From Anthoceros angustus (Eukaryota; Plantae; Anthocerotophyta): a stretch of DNA of 14,625 nt. Positions 1-8,902 of the stretch are shown one piece after another. The notes under the pieces were generated by a model. That model did no database searches and was not told the DNA's origin. It saw only the letters and a program-made list of their open reading frames with translations. Both the position numbers and the translations under genes were made by a program. The stretch's first letter is position 1. The number at the start of each line of letters is the position of its first letter. Location: positions 1-14,625 of the forward strand of contig VJWM01000412.1 of assembly GCA_010909165.1 (NCBI GenBank), read 5' to 3'.

Positions 1-325
1 TTATCTAGTCCACTAAAAGACCCTATATATAGCAAGCCTATCCTGCCTAAAACATAAGCTACCTTCCTTAGCAACCTACCTCCTACCGTGGTAGGACATC
101 CTCCTATCATGGTAGGCGTTTTCCCTTTTCTCCTACCACGGTAGGAGTTACTCCTGCGGCAGTAGGATACCTTCCTACCCTCTCCTACCATGGTAGGAAC
201 TATTCCTACACTGGTAGGTGATCAAAACACTAGCAGGGTCATTCTCCTACGGTGGTAGGATCTCTCCTACCCTCGTCTACCATGGTAGGAGTTTCTCCTA
301 GTGGTAGGACACCTCCTACCACTCA
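1..325 (-). mobile_element. 5' (U3) end of a minus-strand LTR related to the gypsy-like LTR family in this window; continues left of the window
   Basis: Ends on + in CCTCCTACCACTCA (minus strand TGAGTGGTAGG), resembling the terminus CCCTACTACCTCA at 14510. It is CCTAC/GTAGG-rich and has CCTATATAT..CCTTAGCAAC context resembling 14040-14510. No TSD or second terminus is visible. Confidence 0.5.
80..320. repeat. Array of ~9 imperfect copies of the 16-bp palindrome TCCTACCATGGTAGGA
   Basis: Perfect copy at 183-198. Variants include TCCTACCGTGGTAGGA, TCCTATCATGGTAGG, TCCTACCACGGTAGGA, TCCTACACTGGTAGG and TCCTACGGTGGTAGGA, with irregular spacers. Confidence 0.85.
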
Positions 326-1375
326 TGTAGGTTACCTTTTCTCCTCACGGAAGGTCGTTTGACCCGTTTCTTTTCCATATCCTCTTTGCCTTCCCGACAT
401 GGTCCTACAACTCCCGCTCAAAAGGAGACGCCCTCTGAGGGTAGGTGTGAGGATGGAGAGTGGCCCACGGAGATTGATGATCTCAAATGCAATATCATAG
501 CGGCGCTCATCTTCATAACCGGATATTGAAGGCCAACAAAGTGTTGCGGCCAAGAGGAGGACATTGGGTCCTCACGATGATGATAGGAAGAGCACAGTGC
601 GGTGAGGCCTGATTTTGATGAGGCCATAAGCGACATGGACTCAAGGGTGAATCGGGCAGCGCCAAGGGTGGAAGATGGCGCGGGCGAGGAGAGACAGCCC
701 GCCCTCCGGTCACCCTAGGTGGTGACCACCCTACAGGTCGCGGACTACGTGGTGACAGGACACGCCCGGTGATCGCCCGGACTAAAGGTGGCCAACCATA
801 AGCGGGGCTTGGCGGGAGTCAGCGGAGGCTGTGAGGAAGGGCAGGGGCCTAGTGACACCCCTGCGGGAATAGAGGAGGTGGGGAGACAATCCCACGAAGA
901 GACTAAGGGACGGGGTCCACCGTCGAGGTAGGGAGGTGGGGAGATTCCTCACCCTGGGGAAAGCGGGGCCGGGAGAAGAGTCAAATGCAAAAGGCCCGAA
1001 GAAGTTAGACATCGGCCGGTGGAAGAAAGACTACAGAAATGCTCATGAGGGTGAAGGAACAGATTGTGCCCCCACACATTGGGAAGATGACAAGGTGGGG
1101 AGGAAAGAGCAAAGGAGGAGGCGAGCCAATCATTGAGCACAACACTTCCCATCCCGGCGAGGTGAAGACTAGATATGGTCAAAGACCATAAATGATGAGG
1201 AATGATAAAGGATAGGTGATGTGACATCCTTTAAGGATGATCTTAGGTGAAGTTGCTAGAATAGAATTTACCAAGGACGAACATGACTTAGATGCGGTCT
1301 TAAATCTTGGCGGTGAAATGATAAAATATTGGAAAAGGTGACTGGTGGTCACTAAGGAGGTTATATGGAAGGCCT

Positions 1376-1390
1376 CCTATAAGAGGAGGA
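1376..1390 (+). promoter_or_regulatory. Putative TATA box of the gypsy-like LTR (CCTATAAGAGGAGG)
   Basis: Typical plant LTR CCTATAAA(A)GG context. A homologous CCTACAAAAGGAGG lies on the minus strand at ~13003-13017. Confidence 0.5.
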
Positions 1391-1634
1391 GGATTTCACA
1401 AAGTAAAGTATCATGTCTTGCTTCCATACTACAGTCCTTTGCCCTTGTAAAGGAATTTTTGTGCATGTGAACCAGCTGATACGGTAGAGGAAGTCGGTGG
1501 TGAGTGCTGGTGGAGGACTTGCTCCACATAAGTGCCTAAGCAGTTGCTCCCCTTGTGAATGGTTGCTGTGAGCTTTGCTTTGGGTGTGTGGCAATGCCCA
1601 GGGAACTCTCGGCTTGAGGGTAGACTACGGGGAA

Positions 1635-1639
1635 AGACT
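1635..1639 (+). repeat. Left target-site duplication AGACT of the copia element
   Basis: Identical AGACT at 9157-9161. The uninterrupted homologous LTR has a single copy (AGTCT, 12756-12760). Confidence 0.95.
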
Positions 1640-1727
1640 TGATGAAATAGGTCTAGCTTAGGGCACTATTCATTAGGGCCTCATTACTTAAACATTAATT
1701 TAGAGCTAGGGCTTTAGGTAGTTAGTT

Positions 1728-1800
1728 AGTTACAACAACTTATAGTTGCAACAACTTATGGTTGCAACCACTTATGGAACAACATATTGTTGTAACCACC
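1728..1800 (+). promoter_or_regulatory. 16-bp tandem array (RGTTRCAACAACTTAT x4-5) in copia U3, candidate enhancer
   Basis: AGTTACAACAACTTAT 1728-1743, AGTTGCAACAACTTAT 1744-1759, GGTTGCAACCACTTAT 1760-1775, then degenerate copies. Repeated at 8990-9065. Lies immediately upstream of TATTTAAA. Confidence 0.75.
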
Positions 1801-1809
1801 CAACCACCC

Positions 1810-1817
1810 TATTTAAA
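1810..1817 (+). promoter_or_regulatory. Putative TATA box of the copia LTR (TATTTAAA)
   Basis: CCTATTTAAAAGG context. Also present at 9077-9084. Confidence 0.65.
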
Positions 1818-1890
1818 AGGCTTGTACTTTACTCATTAATCAATTCATTCCATTGTTTCTCTTCTATCTAAGAGCTATTGATTCTCATCA

Positions 1891-1901
1891 TGGTATCGAG
1901 C
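1891..1901 (+). other. Primer binding site, initiator tRNA-Met type
   Basis: TGGTATCGAGC directly after the LTR, equal to canonical TGGTATCAGAGC minus one A. Confidence 0.9.
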
Positions 1902-4057
1902 ATTTAGCTCTTTGTGCTTGAGCACCTGCTTCCTTATGCTCTAGGCAATTTACTCTCCAATGCTTTTGCGTTTGTAGTACTTCAAATGAAGATAATGCGT
2001 GGAGATTTCGCCTTAGACAATCATCGGTGACAGCACAATGATGCACACATTGTGCATCAATTTCTTCTCGCCTCCATGGATTCCTTTAATCCAGCGGACA
2101 AAATTTAGGAGGAAGATCAAGGCTTCAAAGAAGAAGAAACAACATCAAATCAAATCTTCTTACATTCGGAGGAGTTTGACCTCAATTCTCCTCAGTTGAT
2201 GTTTTAGAGGCACAAGTATGTTGTCTCATTGAAGCCCTTTTGTCTAAGTCGGAGATAGAGTACAAGATATCATTTATGCTCGTAAAGCTCTCCTTTCTAC
2301 ATTTAGCCTTTATCAATATAGTGCTAGAGTCGCCATCTCTAAGTACATAAAAATAAGGCTAGTATCTTCGCTCCTAATCCGGATCATCTGCGGCAATCTC
2401 TTGATTCCATTAGAGCGAGAACTTAGAATAAATCACTCGCTATCAATGAGAAATTGACTTACAATACACAACAAATCAATATTATCATAGACTTGTTGAC
2501 CGAGACCTTTCACAAGGTCTCTTCTCACTTGATTGTAAGTCTGCGATTCGATGATGCGAAATTCATAATTTGAAGAAATGTTGTGCTCGCGCCTCTTTCC
2601 GCAAAACAATGCAAGAAGGCGGCGTGTCAACCACGGCATAACCTGCATCATTAAAATTACTTGCAATGGTGGGGTCGGACGATCTCGACGTGGATATTGA
2701 TGACGGCGAGCAAAATTTTACAGCGCCCAAAAGAGATGGCGAAGAACAACAATCTATATGGCGAGATGAATGGGAGCAATTTAAAAGGAAGAAAAGGAGA
2801 AAGCTAAAAGCGTAATGAATCCAAGCCTCAAGTGATTCAAGGTGACAACTTTAAAGACAAAGATAGATTCAACGGCAAGTGCGGCGTATGGCAACACCGT
2901 GCCCAAGGTGTCTATGACGCGACTTATGGAATATTGTCAGCGATGCGGAAGAATGTTCCACTTGGGACTCGATGCTATAGATGAATGGGAAGCCAAAGAT
3001 CGGAGGCAGACGTTTTAATGAACGGACTTACAAGCGATGGTACTCCAAGTTGCGCAAAACACCGCAAGATGTGGGAGAAGTTAGCTCACTTTATGCCTCC
3101 AAAGATGGAATGAGCTTATTGGCGCCACACGTCACTTATATACTATAAGGATGAAGGAGGCGATTCCTTACAACAACACTTGAGCAACTTCCGTATTGCA
3201 AGAATAATTTCAATGCATCCTCAAGAAAACTTACGGAGAAACAAACTTTTATTGCTCTCCTCGCCACTTGCCGCCCTCCTATAGGCCCTTTGTGACAACG
3301 CAAAATGCGGTCCTTAGAGCTGCACAAAAAGCAAGAAATTAACGGGCTCCACGGATATCGGCGTAAGTGAATTAATTGGAGCACTTATTGAGGAGGGCAA
3401 GCCGTCGAAATGAAAATCCCGATCAGGCCAGTAATGTATACGGGGCGGAGGAAGAGGGCGTGGCCGAGGCGGAAACTTCACTCCTAGACCGACTCCTACT
3501 CAAAATTTTCAAGGACCATCCACTTCTTCATTTAAACCTTCAAAGGGCATGAAGGCTGGAGTTACAGCAATTGGTGCAAGATGACCAACCATATGGAGAA
3601 GGATTGTTGGAAGAAGAAAAATGGTGAGCCAAAGAAGGAGGTCACCAGAGCACATGTTGCCGTTAAGAAGAAGCCCTCCACGGCAACTCCATCAAGATTT
3701 ATGCGCTTGGCAAGTTCCAAGCCATCAAACCAAAATTGGTATTTACAGTGGTGCAACATCTCATATATGTCACGATCTAACTCTTTTGAGTCGTATTCGC
3801 CATCAAAAGGACAACAAGCAGTGCTCTAGGCGGCGACCATAACCTCACCATATTTGGTGTAGGTTCCGTGGCATTAAAGTGCTCCACCGGCGGGTTCTTA
3901 CTCTCTCCCATGTCCTTTATGTACCCTCCATGTGCAAGAATCTAGTGTCACCGCTAGTTTATGTCAAGAACATAACATGCAAATTATCCTTGAAGCCGAT
4001 TTGTGTCTCCTTTACTATCATACTAATAAGTATCACAATCGCTCGGCACACTAGAAG

Positions 4058-4940
4058 ATGGACTCTATAAACTCTCGGTCAAGTGGGTCCGTTACACCTC
4101 ATCAATGTAGCCTCCCATTCCACTCTTCAAGCACCATGCTTTGGCACCGATTAGGTCATCCGAATAGCCAAAAGCTTATCCAAATGTCTAAGGAAACATA
4201 TAGAACTCCTGTTCCTAAACTTGAACCTCTCCCCTGGTGTGAAGCTTGCGTCATAACCAAACGTCATCAAGCTCCATTCCACAATCCATCCCCTCAGAGG
4301 GCTAGGGCACCCTTAGAGTTGGTTCACACAGACATTTGTGGTCCTATGTCTGCACCTTCATTTAGTGGTTGTAGATATTTTTTAACCTTCACTGATGATT
4401 ATTCCCGGTTCGTCCTCACCTACATCCTCCGCCATAAGAGTCAGGCCTTTTCTTTCTTCAAAGAATATATGATGTGGGCAGAGAGACTTACCGACGAAGC
4501 TTAAAACTCTTCGCTCCGATAATGGAGGAGAGTTCACTTCAAAAATTTGCTGAATTTTGCCCGAAGGTATAGCGCAACAACTTAGTGTGGTACACACCTC
4601 AAAGAAATGGCAGAAAACAAAATTTACGCCTCCGAGGAGATCACAGGTTTTGCTCACCCAAGCTACATTATCTAAAAGTTATTGGGTGAAGCTATATTGA
4701 CAACATATCTCCTTAATAGCCGACTTCCGCAGTCAAGGCATGACTCCATATGAAGCTTTTCTTGGGAAAACCTTCTATTGATCATTTACGAATCTTGGAT
4801 CCCCTTATGTGTTCATCCCCAAAGTACGCAAGAAGTGGATCCCAAGGCAGCAAATATACCTTTATTGGCTACAGAAGGCATTAAGGGTTACAAGTTATTT
4901 GACCCATCTACCCGAAAGCTCATTTATGCTAGGGCGTGAC
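4058..4940 (+). pseudogene. Copia GAG-pre-integrase and integrase core (rve) segment
   Basis: ORF 4058-4504 contains WHRLGH..CEAC (HHCC), HTDICGP and YFLTFTDDYSR. KTLRSDNGGEFTS follows after a frameshift. Confidence 0.93.
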
Positions 4941-5467
4941 CTTTCATGAATCTCATATTCTTTCTCCTATTATGGGGCATCCTCCCATTACTCCCGATGC
5001 TCCTTCCTCTGCGCATCCGAGCCTTCCACTTTGATGACGATGATTTTGTCATCATTCATTCACTCCCTCCGCAAGCTCCTATGGATGAACCTACATTGCG
5101 GGAGGAGGAGGAGAATATATTCCAAGACGACCAACTACTCCGGATCACGATTTAGAAGAACCTCAACATTTAGCGATGATGAAATCGACTATGATGTTGA
5201 AATTCGAGGAGGATCGTATTCCTTTTGAGGATGAGCCCGTCGGCGAGCAAGTGGATGAATTCGACGAGCGAGCAAACTGCGTTACTGCGCAGGAACTCAA
5301 CAAGTGGTCGACATTGAAGAACACATTCAACAACGCACCAAGGTACAATCTTAGGACTAGACCATTGCGGGACTGCTGGATGGAAGGAACCACCTTTGGG
5401 ATATCTTGTCGCATGACCCCATTTCTCCTCTCACACCTTATTATCAAAAAGCAAAGCCAGTTGATCC

Positions 5468-6971
5468 AGAGGAACCGCTAACCTTGAAACAAGCATTTTC
5501 CTCTCACGAAAGACACATGGAAGGTAGCGGTAGATTGATACAACTCTTTAGTAGAAAACTCCACATGGGAATTAGTTAAACCACCCAAAAGGGAGAAAAA
5601 TAGTGGGAAGTAAATGGGTCTTTAAAATCAAACGTAAGGGTGATGGTTCTATTGAGCGATATAAGGCAAGGTGGTAGCGAGGGTTTACCAGATCCGGGTT
5701 TAGATTACATACCTGGCTACCTATGCACAGCAAAGTTTGCCTCCTCGAATTATAATAGCCTTGTCCGCTCAACATGACTTACATCTTCACATGATGGACG
5801 TCAAAGCGCCTATCTGCATGGCGAAAGAAATATACATGAGACAACTCAAGGCTATGAAGTCAAAGGTAAAGAAGACCATGTATGCAGCTCATTAAAGGCA
5901 TTTATGGCCTTAAGCAATCGCAAGGAATGGAATAATGATATACATGACAAGCTTACAAAATATGGTTTTGTTCAAAGCAAAGCGGATGCTAGCATGTATA
6001 TCCCAAGACTAAACGATTACACAATTTACCTCTTACTATATGTGGATGACTTATTTTTAGCTTCATCTTCACTCTCCCATCTAGCTGAAATTAAAGCATG
6101 GTTGAGAAGTCATTATGAAAATGAGCGGACACAGGAGACCTTAGTTATGCCCTTGGCGTTAACATTATAAGAAATAGAGGTAATAAATCCATTTCCTTGG
6201 TTCAAACAAAATATATAAAAGAAAGCTTAAATAAGTTTGGACTAGAAGATGCTAAGCCGGCCCACACCATTTCCAAGTGGCACAAGGCTTACAGAGATAT
6301 GAGCCCTAAAAGCAGCGAGAAATGTCAGAATGTACCATACGGACATGCTTTGGCACCTTAATATATTTAAGTAACTTCACAAGACCCGATATATCTTTTG
6401 AAGTTAGTGCGATCTCACAATTTTTAGAGAATCACGGCGACAACATTGGCAATGTGTCAAGAGAATATTCAGGTATTTAAAAGGGACTATGCACACAGAT
6501 TGATGTATAAACATGTTCCGGCATATCTAAGTTACAATTAACGACTTATCTGACTATCTTGGAGATCCGATAGCCAAATGTCCGCTATGCATTACGCTAG
6601 GAGGTGCACCCATTTCATTTCAGTAAGAAACAACCAACCATTGCTTTGTCGATCAGTCGAGTATAGGGTCCTCACCTCGTCTCCAAGGATATAGTGGAGT
6701 AGGTTAGCATTGAGAGTTGAATTATCCCAAGATGGACCTACACCTCTCTACATGAGGGGCTATTGCCTTAGCTAGGAACCCTGCTTTCCACTCAACTAAA
6801 CATATAGCGATGAGTATCATTACATACGGAAATGTTAGAAAATAAAACAATAGATATCAATTATATACCAACTCAAACAACCCAGCTGACCTTTTAACCA
6901 AGTCATTAGGAAGAGATTTGCATTTAAAACACATGAAAATGTTAGGAGTACAAGAGGTTAAGCCTAGATAG
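5468..6971 (+). pseudogene. Copia reverse transcriptase (RVT_2 type) and RNase H segment
   Basis: EEPLTLKQA, KIVGSKWVFKIK, HMMDVK, GFVQSKAD, LLLYVDDL, TRPDISF, KRIFRYLKGT, TKHI, ADLLTKSL. Confidence 0.93.
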
Positions 6972-6986
6972 TGGGTATTTCCAATT

Positions 6987-8500
6987 TTACAATCCACAAA
7001 GTTTATCTAGCATGTTTATTTCCTCTTCTATTTCCAAGTAATCATCTGTACTCCTTCTCTTCTCTCTAATGCCCAAAAGGACCCTACAAAACACTCCATG
7101 GGTTACAGGAAGAAAAATGGTGTTGAGTTAGTCATTCGGAAGTTAGGTCACTTACTATACAAGTGCTTGGTGTGTCCTTCGTACTCTTCACATGGATATG
7201 CACCTAACCACATCATTTTTATCCCTTTTCTCACATACATATTCCATGGGGACTTCGTGGTCGTCCTTTCCTCCGGAAGCACCATGTGTTGCTCGCATAG
7301 GTTTCAGGTGGCAAATAGGAGTTTGGTATTTTCCTTTTTGTTTTGTTATAGGTTGTAGAGGTAGGGCAAACCTCACATGGCTTGTGCCTACCCTTTCTCC
7401 ACATCTGCAAAATAGATGTAGATTAGCTTATTATTAGCATAGGTTACATAGTTACTAGCCCCTAACTATAGGTTTTACACCTACTCACTTTTCTTTTCCC
7501 TAGCCCCTACTTCTCCTATGTAGCATATGCTCCACTTGGGCTGCCCTCACATACACTGGGGCCTCGTCTGTTTATGGAGTCCCACTCCTCCGACTCTTCT
7601 TCTATGTTGAAGTCGTCATGCCGGGACACTCAGGATACACTCCAGCCCTCTGGTTGGATTATCTACATCAACAATCATTAGTATTTTTATGCAATCAAAT
7701 TATTTATTGCAATTTATTTTGCATTTTGGCTTACGCCCCTCGACTTCTTTGATGACAACATCGGTTTTCCGGTGCTTGTATCACCAAGGCGTCATCCTCC
7801 ATCGGCCATTTCTCCACTGTTTACCTCGGCACATGCTTGCGAATTCACAAGAGAAATTAGGATCTTCCATATCATTTCCTATATTACGGCCGGGGCCCGA
7901 CATGGATCTCTTCACCCGTGCAAGTGCATCTCTATACCGACATACAGGCGCTTCAACTCAATTTTCCTTTCTCCGCGGCAAGTTTCTTCTTCTTCTATGC
8001 GGTTTGCTCTTTTCATTTTCTTATGGCCTCGTCCTTTGGAGCATGGGGGGCGGCTTTCCTCCACGAGGACCGCCACCACATTAGGTATATTATTCTTCAA
8101 ACATGCAAGAGATATGGAAAATGCAATGGAAAAATATGAGGAAAAATATGCAATGGCAAATGGACATGGAATCTCACCTATATCGCGTCATATTATAATC
8201 GAATAGTCTCATTACAACTGCAACATGGAGTTAATATCAGCAATCCATGCATTTTTCGAGAGGGCGCACCCACAAAACAGCGTCCCGCGAGGCGCCAATC
8301 ACCTCGGCAGCAGTTGCGATTGGCCAGCACAGTGCGGCGCGGAGCGCGCGGGCCGTAGCGGCGCAGGCCAGGCGGTGGCGGCAGCGCGGCGTGGCGCAGC
8401 GGCGCGAGCACGATGGGCGCGGCCGGCAGCTCGGTGTGCGCGAGCGCGATGCGGGAGGAGGAGAGCCGACAATGACGGCTATCCTCCGACACCCGCCTCG
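6987..8500 (-). CDS. Antisense multi-exon accessory gene inside the copia 3' region; putative transcription-factor-like protein (NF-YA A1-like and AP2/ERF-like segments); frames disrupted as given
   Basis: Five minus-strand GT..AG introns of 72-85 nt at 8218-8302, ~8095-8177, 7663-7734, 7405-7488 and 7084-7155. Exon peptides include DEAPVYVRAAQVEHMLHRR (7568-7512), YVCEKRDK (7241-7218), MMWLGAYPCEE (7216-7184) and STDDYLEIEEEINMLDKLCGL* (stop 6989-6987). The 5' end and start codon are uncertain. Confidence 0.7.
7084..7155 (-). other. Spliceosomal intron (72 nt)
   Basis: Donor GTAAGT, internal CTAAC, acceptor TTTTGTAG. Confidence 0.8.
7405..7488 (-). other. Spliceosomal intron (84 nt)
   Basis: Donor GTGAGT, branch-like CTAAT, acceptor TCTATTTTGCAG. 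Confidence 0.85.
7663..7734 (-). other. Spliceosomal intron (72 nt)
   Basis: Donor GTAAGC, very AT-rich body, branch-like CTAAT, acceptor TGTAG. Confidence 0.8.
8095..8177 (-). other. Probable spliceosomal intron (~76-83 nt)
   Basis: Donor AG|GTGAGA and U-rich body. The acceptor is ambiguous (TTTGAAG at 8095, or TCTTGCAtG near 8102 if a base is miscalled). Confidence 0.6.
8218..8302 (-). other. Probable spliceosomal intron (85 nt)
   Basis: Donor AG|GTGATT, branch-like CTGAT, acceptor TGTTGCAG. It leaves a 40-nt exon at 8178-8217. Confidence 0.65.
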
Positions 8501-8890
8501 TGCAGCGGCGGTGCGGAAGGCCTTAACGGCATCTGCGTGCCACCTCGTGGTGGGGGCCGGTTAGATAAGCCGTGGGCTTATCCATTAAAATGGCCGATTT
8601 ATTATAAGCCGTTATATTATGCATATTTTTATCTTTTATTAGGCCCTTTTTATTTATTTATTTTTATTTTTATTTAACCTATTTTTTATTTAGGCCTCTT
8701 TTAAGCCTATTTAGAGCTATTATTTTCAACCCGTGAATATTTTGGTGGACATATTAAGTTTTCTATTTCAGGCTTATTTATTCATCAAAAGCTTAAGTTA
8801 GCACTTTTCTTGCTTATAACTTTTGATTAAGTGGGAGTCTATCTATGATTTAGACCTCATTTTGAAGCTAGAATTCACCCCTACATTCAT

Positions 8891-8902
8891 AGTGAGTGGG
8901 AG
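8891..8902 (+). other. Polypurine tract of the copia element
   Basis: AGTGAGTGGGAG directly abuts the 3' LTR. Confidence 0.8.

Larger units (their letters stand above)
436..1639 (+). mobile_element. Left part of the 5' LTR of a Ty3/gypsy-like (Athila/Tat-type) element, split by the copia insertion
   Basis: 1210-1639 is clearly homologous (inverted) to 12756-13180 and continues seamlessly at 9162. The start at 436 (TGAGGGTAGG) is inferred only from resemblance to the other LTR termini. Confidence 0.65.
1640..1890 (+). repeat. Copia 5' LTR (251 bp)
   Basis: Starts TGATGA and ends TCATCA (6-bp terminal inverted repeat). Near-identical to 8903-9156. Confidence 0.97.
2076..6971 (+). pseudogene. 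Copia gag-pol polyprotein, fragmented by many frameshifts (possibly sequence errors)
   Basis: Motifs across frames: gag FKDKDRFNG..W (~2850), knuckle CKMTNHMEKDCW (~3575-3610), protease SGATSHICHD (~3746-3775), LWHRLGHP (~4139), CEAC, LELVHTDICGP, LRSDNGGEF (~4509), RT VGSKWVFKIK..YKAR, YVDD (6039-6050), RNase H PADLLTKSLG, stop TAG 6969-6971. Start ATG 2076 is tentative. Confidence 0.92.

Noticed and set aside
80-320. CRISPR-like palindromic repeats
   Set aside because: Repeats are short and degenerate with irregular spacers, the context is eukaryotic retroelement, and there are no cas genes.
326-435. Short spacer between two LTR termini with coding-like minus-strand frames
   Set aside because: Too short to assign, with no clear PPT, PBS or domain motif.
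7836-7915. Possible sixth minus-strand intron (CTAAT..GCAAG)
   Set aside because: Weak AAG acceptor and ambiguous donor, and an open frame (RYRDALARVKRSMSGPGRNIGNDMEDPNFSCEF) runs through it.
7880-8040. CCT-domain-like reading (EAIRK.KE..RYRDALARVKR) on the minus strand
   Set aside because: Needs several frame changes and the spacing does not fit. Basic low-complexity composition could explain it.
7689-8677. Plus-strand ORFs (131, 144, 150 aa) as a Sirevirus-like env
   Set aside because: They overlap in several frames, and their hydrophobicity is the mirror of purine-rich minus-strand exons or AT tracts. Splice signals favour the minus strand.
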